The notes beneath the pieces were generated by a model that was not told the DNA's origin, did not search any database, and worked only from the letters and a program-made list of their open reading frames with translations. DNA of 63,193 nt, counting the filler, from Sphacelaria rigidula (Eukaryota), in NCBI GenBank assembly GCA_964200075.2. It is 4 parts of 4 records of this genome, joined end to end, with 100 filler letters (N's around TTAATTAATTAA, not from the genome) between each part and the next. Parts side by side here need not be neighbours in the genome. Positions count along the whole stretch, not along the records: positions 15,829 to 31,555 come from CAXNAA020001624.1; positions 31,656 to 47,379 come from CAXNAA020001625.1; 2 more parts are not named here. The stretch is one strand, 5' to 3'. Below, one piece after another: positions 23,291 through 35,800 of this stretch. Numbering within the stretch: the stretch's first letter is position 1; the number at the start of each line of letters is the position of its first letter. The position numbers and the translations under genes were made by a program.

Positions 23291-25619
23291 GTCGGGAGAC
23301 ATGAGTACCCGACACAATTTTCGAGAAATAGATATCATCTGTGATTAATTTTGAACGAGATACGGCCCCGACGGTCTTCGAGGGTCCTACGAGTGTACAT
23401 CTCCCGGTTCTCGCTCTGAGATATTTTCGCTCGACCGTACCGATCAGGATCGCTCAATTTCGGCTTGTCTATTGTCTCGATATCCATTGCGCTACAGCCG
23501 GAAAACCGTGTTATTGGGCCACATGCGGTTAATTTCATCGTTGCGATGAACGAGGTTTGATTCTGTATCGTCTTCACGAAGCGAAATCGGGGAAAATGTT
23601 TTGAGGATGACCTGCTTCTTTTTCCCACGCCTAGTGACTCTCAAACTCTCCAGTTACGGTGAAGAATCGTCTGTGAAATCTTCCCGATTGAGTGAAAACC
23701 GTTTTGAAAGTTTTGACTACCGTAACACAGCAGACAAATCCTATCTAAAACCGTAATCTTGGACTTGTTATTCTGCGTAGTACTGTATCCCCAACTAGGC
23801 GCGACTGGCCCCCCAACAGGTGTTGCGGCCGGCAGCACTGTCAACACGATTATACAGAGTCGAGTGATGGCATCATATTCGACAGCAATACCAGTAGAGG
23901 GCTGTGGAACGCAGTTGTCATTGATGGCGTAGTACTTGTCAGCCTGAGACCAAGGAAGGAAAATAAACAAAACAATCGTGCAGTTACACTCACGATTGCT
24001 TTTTCTTACCGCCTCGTTGTCAGCTTGATAATTTCATCAACTTGCGCCGAGTAACGAACCTATTTCGTCACCCCAAGGCGGGAGGGGTCAACCGGCAGTT
24101 TGCTGTTGGTCTAAATTTAAGTACAACAGCAGCGGATTCCGGGGCAGTGTAGAACCCACGGCAATGGATTTTTTGTAGGCATGCCTTGTGATATAAGTTG
24201 CCTGGGTGGTTGGCTCGGTTGCTGGTAGCGTGGTTCACAGGTAGGGGGGTTGGTGTGCTCCACGCTTGGAGCTAAGAGCTGGGGGCGCTTTTGGGTCATT
24301 GCCAGATAGTACACACCGCAAATGGGTACTGTCTTGAGATTCTCATTCCTCGTTTACTCGACCGAGACCAGAACATTGTTGCATGCACACGGGGTACGAC
24401 AATCATCACGGTCGTTGTCCTTACTCATCAGCTGGCCCTTTCATATTCCACTCATACCGACGAGTACTAACAAATGAACGTCTTATCTGAGATCGACATT
24501 GCACCTCGTTTTTGGAGGAGCAGCGAACAGGTACACATTAATTATCACACAACGCAAGCTGTACCAGCCGTGTACGATTCGTAGCTAGAAATAAAACCCG
24601 GCACAAGAGGACTTATGACGACACCACCAACGTACAACCTACCGACGTGTCGGCTTGCGCTACGAAGTGCCGGACCATCGTGCTGTCACTGGATGCCTTG
24701 GTGGCTCCTGCAGAGCAGAGTTGGGCTCTCAGTGTTGTGCGTTGTAGAATGTTTAATCGGTACAGAATTGTGCAAGCGTTCTTCGCCATATGCATTTTGT
24801 TGAAAGCAGATGAACACACGCGGTTGATTCAACCCAATCCGCACACAGGGAAAAGCCACGCCCTGCCTTGTGCAATTTTACGCTGACAACGTTTTACACC
24901 CTTGACAACCCAAAATGTAATGTATATTGCCTGCTCAATATGTCGACACGTCGCGAGGTCAAATTTCGGGCAAGCAATACGATGGCACAAAAGACAATAG
25001 GTCAATATAACTCGTGTCATCAATTTGTCAAGGCTCGCGTCATGCAATATGTATTGACCGAACAATATGTCACGACATGCGCCACGTTAATGTATATTGG
25101 TCGAGAAATATGTTGGTGCGATAAGGCGCCAATATATATTTTTTCGAGTAATATATTCGCTGCCACACGACGTCAATTTATTTATATATTGACGATTGAA
25201 TATATACTGACGACCCGAAGCGCCAATATATATATTTCCCCCGCAATATGTCGTGCATCAATGCATCTGATATATGTTGGGCGAACAATATACGAGGAGA
25301 GCGACCATCGCATACATAGTTCCCCTGTGGCAAAAGTAAAATTCGTTATGATTACACGGACCCTTAACCGTGTCCGATGCCGCCGGCGATATTTATTTTG
25401 GAATTTATTTCATGCTTTCTGGGTTGAAATCCGTTTTTTTTTCTTCTACGCACCCCCGGCGTGAACGGCCGAAAAGAAAGTAGTCAGCCCCGAAAAGGCC
25501 ATATTCAGCCCCTTTTGCGTAGGCAAAAAAGTGTCGAAGAACGGAACGTTAACCGTCCTCGCCGCCGCTGGGGCTTGACGCTAGCCGTACCGCCCCAAGG
25601 TACATAAATACCTGTGCTC

Positions 25620-25890
25620 GTCCCTGCTATCGGGTATATCTATAACGGTATATACCCTAACCCCGGGTAGGGGTATGGGAGGCTTACAGAGCTCACATAA
25701 TTGTCGGGTACCGGTACTGGATGAAAGTCTTACAGAAATTATAGAGCTTGTCGGGTACGGTATAGGAGGCTTACAGAAAACCGGTAACAGCAATCGGGTA
25801 TCCTTCAAGAGCATACCCGCACTCCGGGTACGAGTAAACATTCTGTACAGAGTCTCAGGCCTTCGTGAAGGCCTCCGTATCATACCATAC
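25620..25890. repeat. Degenerate tandem-unit repeat (TCGGGTA...GGAGGCTTACAGA)
   Basis: CGGGTA and (GG)CTTACAGA recur at about 40-50 bp spacing. Confidence 0.55.
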
Positions 25891-26779
25891 CACCCTTTTT
25901 AATGTTCCTGCCCTCTGTCGCACCATCTCCCCGGTATGCTCCACACTAGAGTCGTTTGCTAGGGTAGTCATTACGAACGCCATAACGCGCCGCCATGAGG
26001 CCTAGAACACCCCTGGGCACCCTTGTTTTTCCTGGGGGAATGGTCAACGCCACCTCCACCGCCATTGCGTGCCGGTGGCTCAACGACACTTCTGCGCCCC
26101 GTTTACGTTTCGCGGGGGTTTCCATCGTGGTTGTGGGGGGTGAAAGGTTCGGAAGAAGGGAAAAGCATTAATTCTCGAAATAATTCTCAAAGTCTCGCCA
26201 AAATGCCCACTTTTTGACCCCCTAATTCTCAGTAATTTCGGCTCAGATTTTGTTTTTGGGAGCATCAGGAAATCAACAGCTTTCCAAAAAACCTAAGATA
26301 GCATCATGGGCAACTCCGTTGGCGATATACGATCCCCCCCCCATAACGGACTTGACTTATGGCACAGAGGAAGTATTGGGGTAGCAGTATATATCAAATA
26401 TATTGATGGATCATTAGGTGTGCTGCAAAGTGTAGAGGAGTTAGTATGGTTGGCAGTTTTTGGTTCGCGGGCGCCGTTGAATGATGTATCATCAGATGCC
26501 GAAAACACTCAATATATTTCTCCGCGAGCGTGTCCAATTCGTATTGGCTGCAAGATAGGTATGCGGTGAGCGTGCGCAATACATATTGAAAAAACAAAAC
26601 TTTAGCATGGTTCGTGTTTAATACAGTATATATTACGAGGCTCCCCTTCGGGAGGTTGTTACGGGCCTCCCGGGGGTGACGCAAGTCGAAAATATATCAG
26701 TGTTATTCCTTTTCCATATTATGGAGGCATTTTTGTGGACATAATATGTACCCTCCAGTCGCTACTGTCATATTTCGCA

Positions 26780-28809
26780 GTTTCAATTGTCTCAGACCAA
26801 GAGTGGAGATCATTACGGGAAGAGAGGTGGGTATTGCCAGCATGAAAAGTGCGCTTCACGGGCGGTGTGCGGAGGTGGAACAAGTACCATCACGCACGAG
26901 ACCCGTCACAGCACACATCGCAAGTGATTACACGGCGAACTGGTGCAGGGTTCTCTACATGCTGGTCCCACCCCGCGCGCACGGATTTCAAATCACACTT
27001 GGTAGACCTAAAGAAATGTACGTCAAAAATGATTGGTACTCGATTATACTTGATTTCAGACTGAAGAAAGTTCTCAGAAAATTCATGCTGTGGCACAGGT
27101 GGGTAGTGGTGAGCAGTAGACCCAGCTTGTCCAGAACATGTCTTGGTCCAAAGTTGACTCAACGGTGTCGATTTGAGCGCTCGCAACGCACGCTTTACTT
27201 GAGAAGCACTCTGCACCTCCTTCGCCCGAGGGTTCTCGGTATGCCTTGGTCGGTGTCAGGGTTAGAGTAAGCGTTAGGGTTGGCGGCACCTCCATAGTAC
27301 CAACCATTGTTTACGTACATTTCTTCAGGTCCCCTCTGTGAAGTATCTGCGTAGGGATGCATCTCTGACACAAGGATATCTCTGTTATCCCTGCCATAAA
27401 GACATCCCTGCGCCCGTACTTCACAGGTGCATCCTGTGATGAACTCTCTCTAACGGGTTGCATGATCACGGGGATTTCGGTACCCCCTGCGCTCGTCCTC
27501 CACAACAGGTAACCCACAGTGGGAACGTTTGCCCACAGGCGTGACTTGTTCAACTCGCCAACGGCTCATTGGACGGTCTTGTGCTCGCTGCTGACTAAGG
27601 CCAAGGCAATGTTCAACTGTTCTCAACTGGTTTGCTCTCATGTCCTCGTGACATTCGCTGCACACCCGCCGTCTTCGTGCTCCCAAGTCAACGAGAACGC
27701 AACAAAATCACGATGAAAAAATACCCCGCCATGAACAGGCGTTTGTGGTTCGGGTTCCTGTTTGAAGTTTTCCATCCTCATGAAGAGGCTTTTGTGGTTC
27801 GGGATCGACACCCCGCGAAACAAAGCCAATGTGGGCGACTGTCGGTGGCCAGAACACGCGCCACAGGTATCAGATGGCGCCCAAACCTGAACGGTAATGT
27901 ACCGCTGCGCCTTCTTCGTGCGCCGCAAAAGGAAGCGCGGGATATAATGCCTTGCTGCGAGAGGAAACTTGGCCAAAGTGGTGAAAAATATGAAATGATA
28001 CATGTACATATGGGAACAAAATGTTACGCATCGCTTCGACTCAAAATACATTGACACTTCAATACATACACGACCGGCATGCATAATAATTACTGGAGTT
28101 TTTGTTGCCGGAGCAAATGCATGTTCAATATATCATGTCATGCATTACTTCACGATCATGACACAAGAAATATGCACGGCTGGTTCAGTGTCTCCGAGGA
28201 CATCTCAACACAATATATTTGGGAGACAATATTTGCGCTGTCTACATCATGAAGTGTTGGGATCATGTTGGACAGTATTGCATTGTCCAGGGTATAAGCA
28301 ACACAGCACCGGTGACCAGAAGGATACCAAAAGGCGGCGCATATTGACCCGCGTTGTCTGCAGTCTTAGTGCTTCGCCAAGACATGTTACATACTATGAA
28401 GGGGATGGGCGACACAGCACCGATGGTCAGACAGTTATTTGCAGGCATAAATACTGGGTTGCCTATTCTGTCACCATATTTTCCGGCAAACAAATGTATC
28501 AAACTCATCCGGCAACTCTCCGTAGCCATGCACGCCAAGTTCTGCGGCTTCCTTTCTAGCTTCTCGCACGGGCTCTGGCATCCATCTTGTCTGGATGTTT
28601 TCAAAGCGTACACCACACTCACAATTTCGCATGGCCTTCGATGTTGGCGAGATCTTGCAGAGCCGATGCCCCTGCAGGACCGCGACGTTGTGGACCGACG
28701 TCTCGATGACCTCCGGTACACGGGTTTCCGCAACCGGTTGACACGGCAAGACGGCACAGTCATTGTCCCTCGACCCCTGCGAGATCCCACAACTGCCCCC
28801 ACCGTCTGA
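26780..28809 (+). pseudogene. Decayed, apparently intron-containing coding sequence of unknown identity (pseudogene or TE-borne gene)
   Basis: Exon-like blocks with cag/gt borders (from about 26781, 27060 and 27329) and a protein-like terminal ORF 28354-28809, but internal stops and frameshifts. No family recognised. Confidence 0.3.
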
Positions 28810-29022
28810 CTTGACGCACCACCACCATAGAACTAGCGGTCGGCCGACCAGCTTTACTCAAAAATGTATTCATTGTATACTGTTTGTGACTGTCTTTTTC
28901 TATACGCCAACAGTCGCCTTGCTCTTCGTTCGGCGGTGGACGGACGGGGGTTGGTGGGTGGTCTGTAGGGGGCAGACTCACATATACGCGTTTTCCTGTG
29001 GTCAGCTGAGAGCCACATATAA

Positions 29023-29443
29023 CAGCAGATTCTATAAAATGGTGTTGAAAAACAAAATGAGGTTCAACTCAAAAGCCGTGCTTTCCCTGACCTGATTTAA
29101 TGAAAAATGACTTTCATGTGGACCACCCCATGCCTCCCGACCTCCCTGAAACTATTTCGGGGGATTTCCAGCCTTCCGTTCCCTCAAAAGGGTATGTGCG
29201 AAAACACATTTTTGCCTCGATTTCGGGGTGAAAAAAGGACCTTTTTTGTCCCCAAAATCGTGCTTTCGCACACACCCTTTGGGAGAACGGAAGGCTAGAA
29301 ATCCCTCGAAATAGTTTTAGGGACGTCCGGAGGCATGGGGTGGTCCATATGAAACTCATTGGTCATGAAATTAGGTCAGGGAAAGCACGGCTTTTGAGAT
29401 GAACCTCCTTTATTTTTTCAACCCCATTTTCGAGAATCCGCTG
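29023..29443. mobile_element. MITE family B copy 2, almost fully palindromic
   Basis: Arms of about 185 bp (29023-~29210 vs ~29260-29443), ends CAG...CTG in a TA-rich site. Confidence 0.85.
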
Positions 29444-30214
29444 TTATATATATGTTTTCCCTTGGGCAGCTGGCGGTCGCTCACTATTTATTCAGCTGAC
29501 AGCCGCGAAATGGTACATGCCCTGAAAGCTGAAAAGCTCGCATGCAACGAAGGCATCGCTAACTTTAGCTTCCCAGTAAATCCAACAGTATTTTACAGTA
29601 AAAAAACGGAACTTCGAGCTTGAAATGCCCCCAATGTTCCTGGTTTGTCTGCTGGCCCCGGGTCACGGCATTGTTCCAACTAGAAGTGGTGCCTATTCAC
29701 CAGTCAACGTGAACTCACAGCGAAAAGGCAAGGAAACTAATTAATCCGATCACGTCCCCTCGAAAATTTAATCCGAAATATTCCCAAGGGACCACGCAAT
29801 ACTCTCGCCTACTATACTTCTTTTGAAATGGTTCGAAGTGGCCCTCGTATAAAAATCCTGCACGCCAACAAAATATTTCAATTTTCAAAATCGTTGTTGT
29901 CTCAGGCTATTCTAGATTCGGCATTAGATTCCTGTGACAGAAAACACTCTCGTTTTTCGGAATACTTTTCAAAAAACGAGGAGAACGTTTTGGAAAACGA
30001 GCAGAAAGTTTCGAAAAACAAGAACTTTTTAAAAATCTGCTCGAACCATGACGCCATTATATGGAGTACAGTGTAGAACACTCTAAACAAGATACTTTTG
30101 GAGTGGTCTATGGAGTACAGACTACTACAGTCAACACAAAACAACACAGCACTTCTGCAGCATTACGAGAAATCACGCGCCGTTCTAATCGCGTTCCGCA
30201 CGAGAAGGAGAAGA

Positions 30215-30388
30215 AGCAACAGCAGCAGTGTCAGCAGCATCTTTACTGCCAGTAGATGTACGTGGCTGGGGTGGGTCTAAATCGGCCGGTGCCGATTCGT
30301 GTGTGTGTCAGCGCTGTCCAGCACGGTGGCTATCACTCGCAAGGTGCGTGGGTGTTGTCGTACGGTCAAAACGCGGACCGTCTACGAT

Positions 30389-30424
<36 letters not shown>

Positions 30425-30510
30425 TGGCGCCGGTTGATTCAGACCCACCCCCAGCCACGTACATTTACTGGCAACAAATATGGTGCTGATACTGCTGCTG
30501 CTGCTGCTGC
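30215..30510. repeat. Inverted repeat (about 85-bp arms) associated with (CAG)n/(CTG)n microsatellites
   Basis: 30215-30296 is the reverse complement of 30423-30510 (TGCCAGTAGATGTACGTGGCTGGGGTGGGTCT vs AGACCCACCCCCAGCCACGTACATTTACTGGCA). A CAG run lies at about 30394-30423. Confidence 0.8.
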
Positions 30511-31126
30511 TTCTCGTGCGGACGGTCCACTGCAATTGACAGCCCCTCGCATACACACAAGATCTAGAGAACCTTTCTGCACTGGAGCCCTGACATGAAG
30601 CAGCCGCCAGCTTTGTCTTTCTTCTGTCAATTCTCCCTCTGTAGTTCGACACTTCAAAGGATACTCGCCATGCGCATTCACTACAGTTACGTTGGTGTGT
30701 AGCGGCCACAACAGCTGCTCTTCGTGCTCTTGTTTTGTTATCTTCGCAATGACGGTAAACGTGGGGTGGAAGCTCGGGGGCGTGTGCTTCCGGACTGGTA
30801 CAGACAAAGGCAGGACACTCGCTAGTACAACAAGATTGTCCATCTACTGATGTGGAGCAAGCTTTCCGGAGGAACAGAATCACCTCAACACCGACCACTC
30901 CCAGACTTGAATAAATGTACTAGAAATATAGTTCATTTACTATGACCCAAATCGTCATTTCTAGGTGACGCTTGTTTTTTCCGTTGATGCTGTATGACTC
31001 ATTGGATTACCGGCCACCACTGACGCATGTGGCGTTCCGCTTGCACTTTCCATGAATTTAGTACCGAAGATCTGCAATTCCTACCCATAACTGTACTGTC
31101 TAATTTTTGGCCAAGAACGAAACTGT

Positions 31127-31325
31127 TGTAATGCGTGAGAGGACCGCGTGCTTGGAGGACCGCATCGAAAGTTGAACAATCCTATGGTTAGGGTTAGGGT
31201 TAGTGTTGGGGTCAGGATCGTGGTACCTGCAGGGACTGGCCCGATAGGTTTTTGAAAACGTCGAGACTGAGGTGTTTCGAGCTACGGTGCGGTCCTCTGA
31301 GCACGCGGTCCTCTCACCCACTACA
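31127..31325 (-). mobile_element. MITE family A copy 3
   Basis: Same TIRs, internal GGTTAGGGTTAGGGTTAG, and a perfect 4-bp TSD CTGT (ACAG on the minus strand). Confidence 0.88.
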
Positions 31326-31555
31326 CTGTTGTGGGGGTGAATGAAGACCTTACCGACCAAACATCCGTGGTCAACTAAAGCAAATACGAACGCGGAGGGA
31401 TATTGAAGACGTATTGAAGACGTCATTGATCGGACCTGTGCTGAACCTGTGCCGAAAAGAACACACGTTCCACCCCAAGTTACCCACGTTCAGTATGCGA
31501 CAGCTGTAATTTTTTCATCGCATAATTCTCGAGACAGGAAGCAAACCGGCCTGTG

Positions 31556-31655
31556 NNNNNNNNNNNNNNNNNNNNNNNNNNNNNNNNNNNNNNNNNNNNT
31601 TAATTAATTAANNNNNNNNNNNNNNNNNNNNNNNNNNNNNNNNNNNNNNNNNNNN
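31556..31655. other. Artificial contig junction
   Basis: 100 nt N spacer with TTAATTAATTAA. Confidence 0.97.
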
Positions 31656-32141
31656 ATCGACGCTAACACTTCCGAGTGCTCATGGAAAATGTTATGCGAA
31701 AAAAAACAGAAAATAGGCCATCCGCAGAAAATGCTAGACTGAGGTATGTGCAGTTTACGGGGGAAACACGATCTCGATCGTTACTGTGAAAAAATCTATA
31801 CGTTTTCATTTGTATGAATATTTACCGTTTCGTCGCTGAAGAGCAGGGGAACTACTTAAATTGAACCAAAAACGATCAATATCACCCTCCTGATAAATGG
31901 GGTATCAAGTCCGTATCGCCCCAAAAACACCAACGTGAGCACTGCAGTTTGAGCGCGGCCTACGCTTTCTCCCTAAATCTACCGGCACTGGCACTTTCAA
32001 GTAGTAGTGAAGAACGGCACTCCAGGAAAATTAAAAAAAAAAAAGAACAACTACGAATTTTGAAAACTTCTGATGCTGACTACTATACTTGATTTTAGTG
32101 TAATTGATTCGTACCGTGCGAATCAATCCTGAAGCTGTTTC

Positions 32142-32306
32142 CAGCGTTGCAACCGAGGTACGCGCAATCCGGGCACGTGGAATGGCGCAAAAATTGCGTG
32201 GAGACCTTTTTGACCAACAGTCAACCTTTTTGTCTCTTTCGAGCAGTCAGGTCTGAAAAACCGTAGATTTGGTGATTGGAACCGATGATGATTCGTCCGA
32301 ACCGTG
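32142..32306 (+). repeat. Dispersed repeat, second copy at 51803-51971
   Basis: Shared CAGCGTTG.AACC.AGGTACGC...GTGGAATGGCGCAAAA.TTGCGTGGAGACCTTTTTGACCA...GATGATTCGTCC.AACCGTG. Confidence 0.75.
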
Positions 32307-32486
32307 GAAGAAATGCAGAGTTGTGAAAGATGAAAGCCTTTTTATCGAGGGGGCGTGGAAAGGGGTTGAGTAGATCCAGATCACCGACAACAAATCGATT
32401 TTTTCCACAACGGATGTGACAGACTGGCTGACTGATTGGCTTACCATAGCGCAGAAACACACAAGCACATTCCTTCGTTCCCTCAC

Positions 32487-32877
32487 CGTTTCCATCCGAC
32501 GAAGAAGACGACAACACACCATTTTCACCAGCACCGCCGCTCGCTTGAGGCACAAACAGAGGCGGATCGGCATGCACGCACACAATGCTCGAAACGGGTA
32601 CATCGCACCGCGGCACAGCAACAGCCGCAGCCGATCCATTCTCATCGTCATCACCACCACCTTTGCCCTCAACACCACCAAAAGACAGCGGGTCTGAGCA
32701 AGCTCTCGAGGGGTCGACTATGGCGCTGTGGTTACGGGTCATGGCAGAGGGGCCACCACCTACGAGGTTGATGGCATTGACAGCCCCTGCTTCAATGAGC
32801 ACGTCGGCGAGCTCCGTGAGATCCAGGCCGTCTTGGATAGTAGCATCGAGGTCAGCTCCTCCGGCCGCTCCGCTTGT
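32487..32877 (-). CDS. NAGPA: NAGPA-like exon (AVNAINLVGGGPS...VSSIVCVH)
   Basis: catcag|ACA acceptor and G|gtgagg donor. Confidence 0.85.
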
Positions 32878-35800
32878 CTGATGGGTTTTTTTTGTCATTT
32901 CGTTTGTGTTGTTGGGGTCGACGGGGGGAGGCGGCTGTTTCGTTAAACACAAGACAGTTAACTGCACACATCACGATTTACCGAATTGTACATCTACAGC
33001 GAGGATGGGAGCTGTCACGTCAGAACTTTACACCGGTCGAGAGTTGTATCGGTGAACCCTAAGAGCGCACCCTATTCGTACCCTGCACGGTTTCGTGCGT
33101 GAAGAACGATGTGACGTGCAAAATTAGATGTCTGCGGACCTCTTGGAGCAGGAACCCCACCAACGATACGAAAGCACACAGCAAAAAAGTGACATATACC
33201 ATCTTACGGTCAAGAAAGATTGGTATATATGCAGGTACAGCACAGCTAGATGTTGACCTGGCGTACGGTGCGGACATGCATTGGCAATACAAGTGAACAG
33301 GGAAATGATCCACTCATCGTTATTTGCTCTACTGCGATGCTCCCCCGTCCCGAACCCGTCCCGAACCCGGCGAGGGGGAAGGGGGTGTCTCATGATCCCG
33401 CATTCTGTAATCAGAACGCCATTGACCTAGCCTCCCCACAAGCCCGGACGGAGCACGACGGGTCCTCGTCGAACCAGGCTCCCAATCATCACCAAGCGCA
33501 AAGCGCTATGATGTGTTCGGCGAGTCGCATGAGTAACAGCTGCCAATATTGTTCGGCCCGAAGGGTACGACGTGTCTGGCGTATGGATGACAGCTTCCAA
33601 TGAGTTGGTTCATTTGCTGGCCTTGCTACTTCCAGAGACGGTCACGAGTTACACTGCTCCATGGGTGTCTTACCACTACTACGCAGTATGATCATCCCCT
33701 TTGCGCACTCTTCCATTCTGCGCATGATGATTCCATTCGTTCCACAAAAAAGTGCAAGCGAAAAAAAACGGCAATCTTATTGCCTAGCTTATGCGGCGAG
33801 TGGCATCTTTCACAGCGCTGTTGCCAAGCGAAGCCACACCTTACAAGGAGTTGATTTTGGAGGGGAGACGGGACGGGGCGGCGTATTCATTTGTTGCTTC
33901 ATGATCGTTTACCACGTATCCGTTTGGAGACGGAGCACCGTTCTATTTCTGATAGAGACACCACCAACATTCGAGCACTCATGACGTTTCTCCCATACAT
34001 GATACAAAACCTTTCAAATATCTCACCTATTTCCGGTTTCGCCGTCTGTGACCACCTTCCATCTCCTAGTATAGCGATCGTTTTTTGAATATCATCTTTT
34101 GTACCGAATGATTCCATGTCACCTTCATCTAGTTCCCACAATTCCTCCTTCAACATGCCCCCTTCCTGCTTGTATAGTTCACATTCTGCCACGATGCGCC
34201 TACTCTCTGGTGCTTCGCCACAGGAGAATTTATGCGCATCCACTTCCCCCTCCACTCTCCAACTGGTACACCTCTTGATATTTCTGGCAGGCCCAGGTCC
34301 CCTACCCAAAATCGCCCATTCTACATTTTCGCGTAGTTCATTGGGCCATGCGAATATGTGTTAATCCCTGGCCTTTCTATCAACCCCCCGTACATATTCA
34401 GGTATCATTCCTCATCTCCTTTCCGTTTCAGCGCTTGTTGCTCCCATATTTCTATAGCGTATCTCACCTTTGCTTCATATCCCCTCCCACCCAAACATTC
34501 ACCTAAAGGGCATTACTATACTTTCTCGACGACCATATCTCACCCCATTCCAGCTTGCCGTCTCCATTACTTTCTTTCATACAGTCCTTCTGTAACGTCC
34601 CATCAACCATGGCTGGTAATCCCTTCCTTGACATACTCCTCACGTCACATCATCATTCGTTTCAAGTGGATACATTCCCAATTCTATCCTCGGTACAGTG
34701 TTACTCGTCGGTTTCGAGCATCCAAGTTTTTCTTAGCTGCGGCCGTTTGTAGTGTTTCCAGCTGCTTCACCACTTTTGCGTTCCCTTCCCCTTCTCTGCA
34801 TATTCTAGCTTCGGTATAATCTCATTCATCATAATACATCTCTTGATCCTAGCACCGAGGAGTGAGTCTTTAAGGATCATGTCCACGCCGCCCATCTTCG
34901 CCTCACGCTTTCGGTTCAGATCCATGTGTGCCTCCCAAGTACAGCTTTTACATCTCTCCGCCGAGGTATGCATACTGGTCTACGATCGGTAACTCCTCTT
35001 CTCCCCACTTTCATCCGAACTGTACCAAGCTCTCCTTACCTTCAAAACATGCAACTACCGCGCATTTCTTCACGTTCCCCGTCACTCTTCATTCCTAGTA
35101 TATTCTATCACCTTCCTTGATCGTTTGTGCAATCCTGATGTTTCCGATATCTCCACGTTCCACCACACTCGTCCGCGAACACCAATCCCGATAGCGTATC
35201 ATCCCTACCCTGACTCTTTGCTTTGCTCCTTTTCCTGCGACCATCATATCACCAATAAATGTCTTGAAGAAAGCGGGTGATCACTTACATCCTTGTGCAA
35301 CTTCTTGAAAAATATCCAGATATTTCGATATATCTCCATCTGGCATCGTAGCACTTGTCAGCCTCGTCTCCTCTCTTGAAATTGTTAACTACTCCAACTT
35401 TTCCCCCATCTCTCGGTTGTGTGCTCGTTCTCCCAGATCAAGTTATGCAGCACAACCGTCACGGTAATCATCCCCCCTCCTCCGTACTAGATAAATTCAT
35501 TCACCATTTCGTCTATCCCTGCTGCCTTTCTATACTTGAGTTTAGCTACACTCTCCGTTACTTGCTCTCTTGTGAACTCTCTGCGCAATCCTTTTGACCC
35601 ACTCTCTTGACGTTTTGATGCCTTTACGTTTGCCTCCGCCCACGCGTTGGTTCCTGTCTCGAATTGCACTTCGAACCTCTTCCCAGTTGTTGGTATTCCC
35701 AGTTTCGGTAGTGCTCTACTAGTACTCTTCTCCTCCCCTTCGAACTATCAACCATTTTGCCGTGCTGTACCCTGAACGTGGTTTTTCTCTTGTTTTCCTC

